Shown: one piece after another, positions 11,534-27,323 of the stretch | How positions within the stretch are numbered: position 1 is the stretch's first letter | How the letters are laid out: each line of letters opens with the position of its first letter | NCBI GenBank assembly: GCA_023231475.1 | Contig: JALJEE010003095.1 | Span: 1 to 42,274 of the forward strand | From: Seison nebaliae | Lineage: Eukaryota | Length of the DNA: 42,274 nucleotides | Reading direction: 5' to 3' | Program-made: the position numbers and the translations under genes | The notes under the pieces: generated by a model | Database searches by the model: none | Told to the model about the DNA's origin: nothing | What the model saw: the letters and a program-made list of their open reading frames with translations, nothing else

Positions 11534-14319
11534 AAAATAATAAATCAACAATTGGCCAAATTGTTTACCTCGGCAAAGAACAGTCAACTGATATCGCTTG
11601 TATTTCATTTAACATTCATCTGCAACATTCTTCTCCATCGTTAGCCGCATTAGCCAATTATCAGAATGAAAGGAGACCTTTAGAGAAAAGTTCAAATCGA
11701 AGTTTGAAACTTAATCGTCGTCACGAGAGAAATGAGCGACATTTGACCACGTCCATTCCTACTTCCACAACTCAAATCTCAAATAATACTTCCAAATTCG
11801 AATCTTCAGCAAAATATGATTTTTATCATAAAAATTATCCAATATCTCGTCAACAATCGACGGATCAGTGTCTATCACCTGATTCTGCACGAGAACGTCT
11901 AGACGAATTGTTGAAGGAGATTAATATGTTGAAGAAGGAACTTACATTTAATGAAGATAATACATCTGAAGAGAGCTTAAGTGAATCGTTGACGAATATG
12001 AATAATCCAAATCGGTTAGTCACTTCAAAAACTGAAGGCTCATTAATGACGATTGATGTTCGAATTGATGCTGATCGATTGAGTCAGATGCAAGAGAATG
12101 AAGAAATGACATATCAGAAACATCCACCCGTTTCTATAACGAACATTCGGAGACAAAGTAGTTCTCGAATGAAACAATTGAAACGAAATCAATTACGTCG
12201 ACCACGAACGATGGTAGAAGTGCCAAATTTAAATCATCAAACTAATAACACTGTTGATTATTTGAGGCCGAATACATCCAATTTTTCAGCCATCGGAAAT
12301 TGTCGTAATATTTCCATCGATTCTTCCCATTCTGGTGAAACGAATGGAACTACTAGCGGGAAAATGACATTGAATCAATCAGCAAAGAATTATTTATTCT
12401 CTAAAATTCCAACAGATCTGAATGCATTGAAACAATTCAATTCAGCACATTCTTCTTCCAAACCATCAAAACGGTCGAAAACCATGAGTCACAACACATC
12501 TGTAAATATTTTACCAAACAAACCGACCAATTATATGAATGAACATTATCCGAATAAACATTCTGCTCAGCCAATTAAGGATAAACGAAACATATTCAGC
12601 TTATCACGAAATCGTGATTCTCATCAATCTCAGACTTCCCAACAATCAAACGCATTCACTTATTCGAGGACATTTGACAACATAGAAAATGAACATAAAC
12701 GACCAGCCACCAGTCCATCAACTGGCGATTTTGATAAGAAATCCAACCTCAAAACATCAATGACAACACAGGGTCTCACCACGTCACCAGTTAAATCGAA
12801 TTTAAGACGATTATCTTCCAATCCAACTGCGATGAAAAAAGAGAAGGAGATCGATAAACATCAGAAAGTTTCTAAACTATTCTTTTTACATTTAAATATC
12901 TATAATTTCATTTAGTCAAGTTTCTTATCGAAATTCGCAGATTGGCGAAAAATTCTCGGTAATTTAGCAAATGAACGAGAACATCGTTACACTGATGCGA
13001 GTTAAATAGAAATATTTCAATTCTCTTAATTCTCTTCTGAAGATAAAGGTGCTCTTGATCCAGTTTATCAACATTTAGTTGAAGCTCAAAAAGCTCGACG
13101 AGAAGCGATAGCTAAACAGAATAGTTAGTTCATTTTCTCCGCTTCTCCTCTTGAATAGGTGTTTATGGAAAAAAAGAAAATAGGAAAATTTTCATGTTTT
13201 TAAAACTACTTCAATTAATTTTTCATTAGTTTCATGATAATTATTAAAAGTGAAAGTTCCTATTGTTGCTTGTTGTTAAGGAGTGGAGAATAAAAATTCT
13301 CCGAAAAAAAAGAAAGGAAGAAAGTGATTAAGAAAACGGAAATGAATTTCCGGTCATTCATCTTGTCCGACGCTTTCTCGAACGGAAAATTCCATCATTA
13401 TTGTCTTTCAATTTCCTTTCCCTTTCAATTACTTATCTATTTATTATGCATCATTGTTCGATGTTGAAGGTCAAGATGATCACAAATCCGTTAAAACGAG
13501 TCATCATGATAATAAGTCTGGTGGGCTGTTCAATTCCTTTTCTAACATGTTACGTTTCCATCGTAAAATGGATGTGGGTGAAACTTTCGGTTCTCCATCC
13601 ACTTCACCTCTAACTGATAAGAAACGGACGATTAGAAAAAATAAACCGATAATTACCAAACAAGTTTCAGTGGAGAACATCCAACGAACAGTTAAATTTC
13701 CGCAGGAGACTCCAACGTCAATTTGTTCAAAAAATATGATGGGAGATCCTTTCATTAGACGTTATGGTTCCACCAACACACCAGTGCTCAAAAGAAGACA
13801 AAGCAAAGTCAACACGAGTTTATTAGAGAATGTAAATAAAAATTAAATATTTCTCGTTTTTCTTATAATTTTACAAATGATTTTCTTGTCGCCCAATTCC
13901 ATTATCAATTCCAAAAGAACAATTGTCATCCTCCTATGATTTATCTGTCTTTACTAGTTCACTTCCGTTTTTCTTTTTGACGATTAATCACTTTTCTGCT
14001 TTAACTTTTCTTTTATGTCTTTTTAACTCCAGAAGAAGAATAATATAATAATGTGTGAAAGAAAGTTAATTAAAATTTTCTATTTTTTCCAGAACTGAAG
14101 AAGGCGAGTGAACGGAAAAGTTTTCTCAAAAGGAATACGATGCAACCATTGTTAATAAAAACGAAACATAGTCATCCGTCAACCACCACTCCCACCAATA
14201 CCAGTTCTACAATCACGTCCACTTCCATCACTCATCCCGTTACTAATAGGAACAAAGCGACAACTAAAACGAATGGTTCATCTTTATCAACATTTTCGAA
14301 GAAATTTAAAAAAAGTTGA
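11534..14319 (+). CDS. Unknown Ser/Thr/Asn-rich, probably disordered protein; 5' end not found. Approximate exons 11534-12867, 12916-13000, 13042-13123, 13470-13817, 14093-14319
   Basis: The 403-aa ORF extends upstream to an AG at 11532-11533. Phase-compatible GT-AG introns link it to further open exons (SFLSKFADWRKILG; LDPVYQHLVEAQKARREA), to the 13454-13846 ORF and to a last exon ending in TGA at 14319. No family recognised. Confidence 0.6.
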
Positions 14320-14351
14320 TATGAATGAAATTTATTGATTTTATTTCAGTT

Positions 14352-16307
14352 CTACATTTCACTTAATCGTCGACTGGATTGTGCTAGAATGCACCACATT
14401 CCATAACGTTCCTCCAATATTTTTTGATCTTTCATATCCGGTTTAAACTGTTCGAATTGATGTTTCCCTTGAAACTTTTCGTGCGACAATGATTCACCAG
14501 CTAAAATTGCAACTCCTTTCGCCGTAGCATCCACATCATTCCGATCTCTTGCTAGAGAAGAGCAAAAGATTGAAGAATAATCGCAAAAATAGAAATAATT
14601 CAAAATCATATTTTCAATTTCAACCACCCTCATCTTTACCATCATCATTTCATTCAAAATTTATATTAAATAATTTCTAAGTTCTCTAACCGATTTGAAT
14701 GTTCAGGACATTCGCTAAGAATTGTGTAAAGAAACAATTACCTGTCACTCCCCCATCAATGAATAAAGTGACTGACGGATTCAATTTGGCGCCGATTAAT
14801 TGGAGAATCTCTTTCGTTTGAAATGCCAATGATTCCATCGTCGCATAGATGTAATCATGAGGAGTGGATTGTAATGAGATGTTTCCATAAATCGCTTTCA
14901 TATTCGAATTCCAATGAGGAGTAAAACATCCATTCAAATTCGAATAACATAAAACTTGGTTCTTCTGAATTCTACCCTGAAATTACAAATCATTCTCTCT
15001 CTCACACTTCTCGAGTTTAAGGATAACGACGAACCATATATAATTGGGTTAAAACATCGTCTGGTGTCTTCTTCTCTTTCAATAGTAAATTATTAATATA
15101 TTTATTTGCTGTACCAGCTAATGCGATAGATCCTTCATTAACATAAATATAGTTTCCATCACCATTTTCCGTCTTCAAATGATAACCGACTGTAGATAGT
15201 ATACCTTTCTGTTTATCGGGTAGTTCCGTACATTTATCTGCATCAGCAACAGCTAATAAGAATGCTCCCGTTCCATATCTATTAATGAAAAAGAGATTGA
15301 CATTCACCCAAATCTCATTATTTGTAGATTCACTCCTGTTTTCTCATCTAACATCTCTTCTAATCTCTTCTATTTCTAATTTACTAACGTACATTTCAGA
15401 TAAGATTTTTGATTATCGTCGATTCCTTCTTTCAACAGTCGATAAAATGCTGCTTGCTGATCACCAAGAATCGCTGTGACCGGAACAGATCTATTATTCA
15501 ACTCCCAATAACCAAAAGTTGTGTCGCTCGAATGGATTTTGGGAAGCCAATCTAATTGGATGTCAAATAACTTCAATAATTCTTCACTCCAATTTCTGGA
15601 TTTTAAGGAATACAAAAATGTTCGACTGGCATTGGTGGAATCAGTTTTAAAAACCGTTCTCTCACCATCATCATTCGGACTATTTCGGCATAAATGAAAA
15701 AGGATCAACGTATCAATAGTACCAAAACATAAATCGTTCTCTTTAGCAGCTTTCTTCACTTTCTCGTTGAATTGAAGGAGCCAATTCATTTTGAAAACTG
15801 AAAAATAAGTTGAGAAAATCAATCCCGTCTCTTCCTCTATCCAATTTACCATTTCATCGCTATTCTCAGAGACATATCTCCCGACTATATCCTTCGTCCG
15901 ATTATCATACCAAACTAAAAATAAAATTAATATTTTCCATCATATTCTCAATTCAAACGAATTACATCACTTAACATCTCTCCATTACTCTTCCTCCAAG
16001 CACATATCGATTCTCTCTGATTTGTGATACCGATACCTTAAGGAATTTCCAAATTTATTTTAAATTTTTATTAAAATTATTCCAAACAATCAATCTGTTT
16101 ATCTCTTCCAATTCTATTCAAACAATTTTCAATTACTTTCGTACAAGATTGAAGTACATCGCCCATTTTCATTGACGCCCAACCAACTTGTTCGCTTTCC
16201 AACGGAACAATCTCCGTCGATGTAGCCAACACTTCCATTGACGGGTATTCATAAATGAAACATTTTGTGCTACTCGTTCCCTGATCAAGAGATATGACAC
16301 GTTTCAT
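14352..16307 (-). CDS. GK: Glycerol kinase (FGGY family); introns 16037-16087, 15915-15958, 15279-15388, 14977-15034, 14552-14690
   Basis: DQGTSS, IGITNQRES, W.D.R, FGTIDT, TDSTNASRT, GDQQAA, K.TYGTG, EGS, P.W and DGG motifs are restored across five GT-AG introns. Confidence 0.93.
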
Positions 16308-17649
16308 AATCCTATTTCAATTATAAATACTTTCTTTATTAAATTGTTTTTGGAGAATATTTAAATTCCAATTTACCTAAAGCTACTTCACTTCCTTTAT
16401 TTAATTGTTAATAACCAAATTGAGACCAACTAATAAGCTGATATTTTTCTTCTCCCAAAACATTGATAGGGAGCCATCCATTTAACGAGCGTTCACTCCT
16501 TAACTTTTAGTCTTTTGATTTTTCAATTATCGTAACGATATGCCGCATATTTTAAAATGCTGGACATTAACTGCTTTTTCGGTATTAGTTATCGAAATTT
16601 CTATTCATTTGAATAATTTATTGAATTAATGTAACTCAAAGAATTAAAAAGTTATTACACCTCTTCTAACACACAACTAATTCGAGCTTACTAGAAATTT
16701 CTGCCAATCTATGGAAGTAGGACAATATTAATCAATAATTACATTAGAATGCTCTGTTAGAGAAAATTATTTTCCCCAGAAAAAATGAAAAATGAAAAAC
16801 AATTCTACAATTGCAAGACATCTGACTATGTAATTGAAGTAGTTATTTTTTAGTCTTAAAGCCGCAACAACTTTAATGATAGCGAAACTAACGAACTCGA
16901 AATTTCCTAACAAAAATTACTGTAGAATATATTTTTATCAATATTATATACTTACATGATTCTGTCGCATCAGGAATATATATTCGATCAGTTAAGTATT
17001 TAGATGTTTCAAATGTTTTTCATTAAAAAAGTTATTGGTTTGACAATTGAAAAAGGTTTTGATGTCTTTTAAAATAAACAAAAATCTAAAAAAAACTTAA
17101 TTTGTTAAAGTATGCAATATTGTTAAAATAATTATCATGAAAGAAATCAGAATTGTACTAATAGTAAAGGAAGATGATGAGATTAAATGTTGGCGATTAA
17201 TTATATGTTAAATGATAAGATATTAGGAAAAAATATAAAATGGTAAAATTCTGGAGAAAAGCTTCATATGAAATTATATAATTAATTCGTTGTTATAGTA
17301 ACAGTGTTGTGGAAACTTATCTAATAAACAACAATCATCATTATGTTTGAAACAAATAAAGAGATGGTAGTGTAGTAAATGCATGAAAGTCTTTCTAAAT
17401 GTGTTAAGAGTTAGATAATAGACTGTTCTGTTTTATAAATATTTAACCTTCATTATGGCCATTGCGGAGTAATAATCAAAAAATTGGAAATTGAAAGGAA
17501 TATTTTCCAGTGTTTAATTCGAATTTACTTGTTTCCATTTAAGTTTTTGTTTAGATATTTACGTTTTGGTATCTCTCAAATAATTTTTGAGTTGATTAAC
17601 ATTTTAATTAATTGTATTCTCATTCTTTTTGTGAAAATTGCGGAAAAGT

Positions 17650-18333
17650 ATGGTGAAAAAAACGGAAACGAATTGTCCCGGTAAAATTAATGTAACGACG
17701 GGGAAAACGATCAGTGCATCGGATCCTTTCGCTGTACGACCAAGCAAGCAAACCTCTTTCAGGAAGTTTTATGAAAGAGGTGACTTCCCAATCGCAGTTG
17801 AACATGATGCTCGTGGGAATAAAATTGCTTGGAAAGTTGAATTAGAACGACTGGATTATCATCATTACTTACCGTTATTTTTTGATGGTTTATGTGAAAC
17901 GGAACATCCATACGCCTTCTTTGCCAGACAAGGTATCCACGACATGTTAGAGCATGGTGGGGAAGCATCTGGAGGTGGTAAAATTTTGCCAGTAATTCCT
18001 CAATTAATAATTCCTATAAAAAATGCTTTGAACACCAGAAATCCAAGTATCGTATGTACAACTTTGAAAATGTTACAAGAGCTCGTACTCTCAGGAGATA
18101 TGATTGGTGAAGCATTAGTTCCTTATTATCGTCAAATATTACCCATGTTCAACTTATTCAAAAACAGCAATCTGAATCTAGGCGATGGAATTGATTATAG
18201 TCAACAAAGACGAGAAAATCTTGGTGATTTGGTTAACGAGACGTTAGAGATTTTTGAGAAACATGGAGGCGAAGATGCATTCATCAACATCAAATACATG
18301 ATACCAACATACGAATCATGTATTCTTAATTAA
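17650..18333 (+). CDS. PACRG: Parkin coregulated gene protein (axonemal inner-junction protein)
   Basis: Highly conserved [24 protein letters not shown]...[16 protein letters not shown]...INIKYM.PTYESC. First ATG is at 17650; a short upstream exon cannot be excluded. Confidence 0.97.
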   Translation: MVKKTETNCPGKINVTTGKTISASDPFAVRPSKQTSFRKFYERGDFPIAVEHDARGNKIAWKVELERLDYHHYLPLFFDGLCETEHPYAFFARQGIHDMLEHGGEASGGGKILPVIPQLIIPIKNALNTRNPSIVCTTLKMLQELVLSGDMIGEALVPYYRQILPMFNLFKNSNLNLGDGIDYSQQRRENLGDLVNETLEIFEKHGGEDAFINIKYMIPTYESCILN

Positions 18334-18999
18334 AATGATTAATTAAATTCTTTGTAATTGTTCAAACAAAAATTATTTTTCCATTAAAACTTTTTTCATT
18401 TCTTTACTATTTATTTAATTATTTTATCGATGTTCCTTCTCATATTGAACGATTTGAGGAATGTACTTTATTTATTATGATGAATTAAAATTTATAATGT
18501 TTATGTTTTTCTTATAAACTGATGTGGATGATTCTCATCGGGAAATAAACGATGAGAAAAATGATAAAACTTTATGGAGAAATGATGGATAGAGATTGGT
18601 CGTCAATATTATTATAAATATGATTACATATATGATGCAAATTATTTCATAGAGATAAGCAAAGGAATTTAAATAAATAAAATTTGAATAATAAATATCA
18701 TTTTAACAATATCAAAATTAATCGATTCAATATATTTGACTAATGAAGTTGATCCATAAAACGGTTATGAATTGTGAGGATGAGAAGGTAGTTATTAATT
18801 CGAAAAAAACACTTCATCTAAATTTCTGTAAAGAAAATGAAGAAAATCGAATGTACAAACACTGGGACTGTACACAAAATGGAAATATTTTATGATAATT
18901 TAAATTCTTCTTCTTTCACTAATTTGAAGGTTATGGTTTTCCTCGATAAACAAGTTGCTCCTTTTGATATCTTGAACTCCGAGAACACTGTTTTTTTCA

Positions 19000-20952
<1,953 letters not shown>

Positions 20953-23916
20953 TCAGCCACACAACACTCCAATAAAGACCTTCTTCTTTTGGGATTTCTT
21001 TTTCTAATTTTACATGACTTCCTTTAAAACGGAATAACTCTAATTAACAGAAAAATTATATAATTTATAAAAGTTATTGTTAGTCATATCTATAGGAAAA
21101 CAAAATATCTAATATCATCAGAAATATAAGGAGAAGGTCGTTAATTAAGAGAAACCATTTTTAACGAAGAAATTCTTTTACAGGAAAGAAGATCTGTAAG
21201 AAATTTTTCGAAGATTTCCCTATCACTAGAAAATGAAATGAAAGAAAATTTCAGTTAAATTTAATCAAATTTTTCCAACTGAAATTCCTGTCAATTGGAA
21301 ATGGAGATGGAACGAGCGAAGGAAAAAGAGGAAGAAAAGAAGAATAACAAAACGAATGAGACAGTATGTTATTGGATGGGTATTTCTCCAAATTGGAGGA
21401 GATTAGTGAAGGACGACCATTCTCTTTACTCGACTTTCAATGATGTCTTCGATTTTTTCTACAACCATCACACTTCTAATAAACATACACAACTAAAGAA
21501 AAAATGAAATGATAAAAAGGAGAATTATTATACGAAGAGATGAAAAGAGAAGAATAGCGAGTGGAAACATATGAAAAATATTTTCATCTCAAGTAATAAA
21601 GGACATTGGAAGATTTATTTAATAAAATTCAACTAAAATTTTTCATCATATTTCACTCTAATCTCTTACACGATCATTATACACATAAAATAGAGGGCAT
21701 TCTGTTATTCATTCATACGTGAATAATTGATTGATCTTATTGATTAAAATATTCGAATGTAAGACACGAACTCCAACGGACAAAAGAATCATCACCCAAT
21801 CAAACGACGGACTTAAGATTATTACGATTTTTAAAAACACGAGAAGAATCTAATTTATAAAAATTGAAATGTAGTACATTTTTTCATCGTTCTTTTTAAT
21901 CATCCGACATCTGTTGTCCTATTTTCGAGATATAATTCGAAATTTATTTAAAATAATTATGTTTTTTTCTTTTCATCATTAACTCCAAGTAAATGTATAA
22001 TAAATTCAAATTCTATTAGTAATACCCTTCTATTAGAGAATTTATTTACAATGTTTTATAGCTAATTAATAATTTATATATTCACATTGATAGGATTCTC
22101 TTATGGTAGCACTGTGTCTGACAATATTTTTTTGGAGAATGGTTTGCGAAAAATATGTAATGTCTGATTCATTCCCGGACATCTGTACACTGGTAGTATT
22201 TTGAACAATTTTTGAGAAAAAATAATCATTACGCAACAGTAGATAAAACGACAAAAATGCCAAAAGAAATAATACTTAACAATCTCATTCTTATCAATTG
22301 AGAAAATTTTCGTTCATTGTAACGTTTGCATATTGAAGAATTAAAAAGTGAGAAATTGTCAAACTTTTTCCACAACATATTTTCAGAAAAAAAATGACAA
22401 TATTGTTAGAGATTGTAACAATAATTTTCCTTATTTTTTTTCCTAAAACATAAATTTTATTCCTGTCATTTCGCACAACCATACTCTTATGGAGCAGTTG
22501 GTTTGTTATTTAATTTTATGGGCATCTATCAATCATTTATATTGGAAGTCTGATGAAATTCTATTTGATGACTACTTGGACATGATAAGAATAAAAACAA
22601 AATTGTACATTTGTGAGACTAAAAAACTGGTACGAGAAGAGACGGCTTTGAATACGGAAAAGTTGAAATGTATATGTATATCAACCGTTTTATTACGCCA
22701 TTATTTGTTAGGGAGAATTATGATGATGGCAAGTTTAATCAGAAAAATTACGTTTAATATCAGATGAGTAACAAAGAAAGACGAGGAGTATTATTATTAT
22801 TATTATTTATTGAAACACAATCCCAATTTGGGTAAAAGATTATGCTTATGAGATTATGCTTAATTATAATGTTGAGGAAGTATTTGTGAAAGATTAATTG
22901 TATATTGTCGACGACACCACTAATCATTGATGTTCCTCATCTAATATCTACGTTATCATTAAACTAATAATAATTGGAGTATATGACAATGAGAACGTTG
23001 CATGTGCTAATTAGTATTATTTTCAAATCAAATAAACTTACAATTATTACGTCACGTTCTTATCTAAAAATTTCTTATCTCTACAAAACATGACTCTTAC
23101 ATTTATTTCAAACAAACATTGATGTTGAGCTAAAAGGAATTTTTTTCTTTTTTAAAATTTTCTTCCTAATTTCTTCTTCCTCTTCTCAATAAATTTGTTC
23201 AAATGTTTAACAAATCTTGCTCTTCCTCTACTATTCTATGCAAACGACAATGTATGATTATGTCATCAAACATTTCCTTTCAAACTTCCACTAAATGAAA
23301 CGTACTTGGAATTAACAATTATTCGTTCTCTGGTTTATTCTATTAAAATTACCAGATCTCCGCCGTCAATATTTTCTCACATATCCTATGGAAAAAATCC
23401 ATTTTTAATATTTGTCATTCTCATGATATTGCTGTATATTTGATGAAAAATAATAATTGATCTCAAAAACATTCGAAGAAGAATTTTATGTACCTGAAAA
23501 CTAGGAAGGAAATTGAAGAGAATATGTTGTTTTTATTCATGTTAAAAGGAAATTGAATGTAAAGATATGAAAAGTTATAATGTGAGAGTGACATAAGTGT
23601 TTAATTTATTTTTCCAATTTTCATCAGTTTGATCACTAATGGAATTACTGAGGATATCTTCTTTTTTATGTTTACTTCGAAGTTAATTGAAGAATTAATT
23701 GATATTTAGAAAGAATTTATGAAATTAGAATTGTAAAAAAAAGATATTCTGTGCTGTTGTTGTTTAGTTGGTGAAAGAAATAAAATAAAATTTGAGTGTT
23801 AAAATTAATTTTCGTGACTTAGCATATAAAAGTTGAAGTAGTTACCTTTAATCGCCTGTGTTCTAGAAGAATTTGGATGAAAAGTAGCATGAGATGAAAT
23901 TGAATTAAAGAAATAA

Positions 23917-24781
23917 TTATAATTCTTCCAATTTCTTATAGAGAGCTAGATCCATTTGAGAAATTTTATTCCAAAGTGGTCCAATTTCACTTTTTTTAAT
24001 TAAACGGAATTCTGCTACAAAATGAAGGAAATGACGAAAACAAGTATTCACATGAATTTCGGCTTGCATCGTCAGTAATTGTTGGAAGTGATGAATGTAG
24101 ACATGTACGAATACTCGGAATAATCGACTTAGCATCTTCTTGCATATCGAATTGAATGTTTTCGGGAATGGAATACCTTCAAATAAAGAATTGAAACAAT
24201 GTCCTTAAATTCGAATAATTAACCGATAGTCGTGGGGAATATTTTTTCATCGTTTATTTGTAATTCGATCCATTCCATTAAATGGTCAATATAATTTGAT
24301 GCTGACAACTTGGTCGGTTTCTTGAACGAATGATGATCTTGCCATAAATATTCGTATCTGACGATAGTTCGAAATTTAAACTGAATTCAAATATTAACTT
24401 GGCACCACCATTCATAATGGGACATCTGACTGGTGTACATTCATCACAAACGAGACCATAAATTAAATTGATTCGATTGAAGAAATCGACAACTAAAATT
24501 TTTTTTAATTATCATTTTCATCTTTAAGGAAAACATTCAATCGAACCATGGACAGCTATCCAATCCTTTTCATCTTCATGTGGCGGCACTTTGACAATGA
24601 GAGACAAGTCAGTCTGACAAGCGTTCAATGTTTGTTGTGCTTGCATGTGCAAGTCATGTCTCAACGTCTCGACAATGAACTTCTTTTTAGGTCGAAAAGT
24701 CTAAAGAATATTTTAGTCACTATTTGGTGTCATCAGATTAATTGTAACTTTATTGTTAGCGAAAAAGTTTGAGAAATTCAT
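23917..24781 (-). CDS. MOB3: MOB kinase activator 3-like; introns 24701-24748, 24493-24546, 24358-24398, 24177-24223
   Basis: Spliced protein [19 protein letters not shown]...[19 protein letters not shown]...[16 protein letters not shown]...FP...[14 protein letters not shown]...HVNTCF.HF carries MOB3-type motifs. Most of it is missing from the ORF track. Confidence 0.93.
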
Positions 24782-25245
24782 CGAGATTATTCCAAGGACG
24801 TAAACATTTAATTTTGTCAGATGGAATAAAATTATTTATTCCGCAAAAAAACAAATAAATATGAAGGAAAGCTTAAAATTTCAAAATTTTATTGATAATT
24901 TTCTTTAAGATTTCTCCTTTCCTTTTTTTTAATTCGTAATTCAATGTAATTTTATTCTAATTGGTACAATCATTTCTTATTATTTTTCCAACAAAACTTT
25001 GCATTGAGAATTATTGAGAAGGACTGGAAAAAAATTTTTTTTTTCTTTTTTATTACAACATTTTTCTCTAATTTTTTTTCTTTGGAAAATTCTTTGGGTA
25101 AAATTTCATTTAATTCGATTAAATCTCTCAATGGACATGTAGAGGAAGGAGATGACTGAATAAATTTGGAAGAAAAGAAACAAATTCATTTTGAGAGAGA
25201 TTAAATATTTTTCGTTTCAGTTCAATCGAGGCAGACCGAGACAAT

Positions 25246-27131
25246 ATGACGAACCGATTGATTCGAATTGAAAAATTCGATAATCATCTCAGAGATTATA
25301 TGGTGGTACTACTCATCGCCATTTGTAGTTATTGTGTGTCGTATTTGTTGTTAAGAATGACGAAAGAGAAGAAAGAAGAGAAAGAATATTATTTATCGAA
25401 TGATCGAATCAGTTATAGGATCAGTGTATGGATTTGCACTTTCGCCATTTCCATCACCATCATCACATTATCTCTTCCAATTATCATCGTATTGAATAAC
25501 GAGATCACACAAGAATCATTCACATATGATATCTGTTATTGGTTCCAATGGTGTAATAAGAATTTCATAAAGATTCTCCAAAATTATTTGGCATATTCAT
25601 CTTTCATTTCTTTATTCTTCTTATTACCATTCGCCTATTTATTTCTGGAGAGTGTGGGAATTACATTCTTACATCAACGACCACTATATCCGAAACGACC
25701 GGAGTCAGTTCGACTGAAAATTATCGAGACAATTCTCTTCTTCTCATTGTTCATTCTGATTCTTATCGGATTTCTTTACTTCTCTTCAAGAATCTTCCAA
25801 ATAAGTTTCTCCGTCAAATTCTCGATGGAATTCTCATTTCTCATACAAATCTATTCGTTCATCTTCACATTAGTCTTGCCATTCTTTACACTGACGAAAA
25901 CGTTCAACAAGATCGCAACACGAATCTATCGAGGAATTGTCAAATTGAATTTGAAGAAATTTGACTCAACATATGAGTTGATTTATGAAAATCAAAAGAA
26001 AAAAAACAATGAATTCCTTTTCCATCAACTCAACGAAAATCGACGGAAGATATTGAAGAAAGAAAATAAGAATTTCCTTCTACTTCTTCTTTTGACTGTT
26101 CTAATTGTTGCAATTTACTTCATTATCATATTTCTGGTAATATGGAAAATCTTCAAAATTATCCATGATAATAATCGAGTTCTTTATCATCCTCATCATC
26201 ATTGGAATTTATTGAAAGATTTCTTATACAATTTCCTCATATTTCCTCTAATGGTTTTCTGCGTGAAAGTGATCAAGAGCAAATTATTCTTATCATCTAC
26301 AATTCTTTGGACGAAGAATCATCAATCATCAACCAATAACAAATCGATAAATTTGTGGAATAAAAATTTCTTTATAAATTATTTCACTCAACAAATATCA
26401 TCTAATGCATGTTTATTATCCGAAGATGAACAACAACAATTCTTTCACGAATTAATGACAATTATATTCTCAGTCTTCTTCGAAAGTGTCATCTGTTTCT
26501 CTTTCTACATCATCTTCTTTTATGGTTTCTATCGTTTACAATGGTTCGAAATCATCTCACCAAAATTTACGAAAACGACAATTGATCAATTGATTTGCAA
26601 TTGTTCATTAATTCTCTTCATTTCAAGGAGTCTTTACATCCTTCTCTCTATCACCGGTTAGTTTTATAAATAATCTCTTTTATTAATTAATTAATATTTT
26701 TAGGAATTTCTGACGCAACATATTCTGATAATGATATTCCATTTCAATTCGAATCAATCGATTTCGAATTCGTTTATAATTGCCTTTTATTGATCTGTTT
26801 GGTATGGACGATTAGCGAATATGTTATGATTCCCATTCAACTCTTCACTTACGCACAGTTGAATATTAATCGAAGAATATTTCATTTTTTATACAATCGT
26901 TTCAATTCTTCCGTGGATTTCCTCCAAAAATCATATGAATATGTTCCAGGAAGAATGAGAAAAGAATACGAGAGAATCTACAGTAATTTCCTCAGCATCT
27001 CTCAAGGTTTGAAAGAACCGATATCTTCTTTTCTACCTTTTCAACATGAAATCAGTTCCACTTTTATCCTCACAAACACGAATCATTTTATTAACGACAC
27101 TCGACCAAACACTCTCCCCGCAACCGAATAA
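25246..27131 (+). CDS. LMBR1/LIMR-like multi-pass membrane protein; intron 26657-26703; possible extra first exon with ATG at 25131
   Basis: RIS.W.CTF, PF.Y.F.ES.G and T...LI.NC..IL.IS motifs plus many hydrophobic segments. A 47-nt intron joins it to the frame of the 26790-27131 ORF. Confidence 0.75.
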
Positions 27132-27323
27132 TTGTCTTTAATTTTTTTCTTTTAACAAATTTCTGTTTGCCCATTAATTTATACGCATCTCTCTCTCTCT
27201 CTCGGCGTATTTTCAGTATATCACGAAATTTTACATTTTTATTTCATTTTTAATAAATTCAAATTTAAATCGATTTCTAATAGAATTTCAACTTTTCTTC
27301 TACCGTCCACAAGGGAGAATCGA

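Noticed and set aside
14352..16307. Fragmented ORFs suggesting pseudogenes, frameshifts or stop-codon reassignment (GK, MOB3, DEG/ENaC)
   Set aside because: The breaks I checked are explained by short GT-AG introns under the standard code.
16308..17649. Expected head-to-head Parkin gene next to PACRG
   Set aside because: The divergent neighbour is glycerol kinase. The Parkin linkage is known from vertebrates, so its absence is unremarkable.
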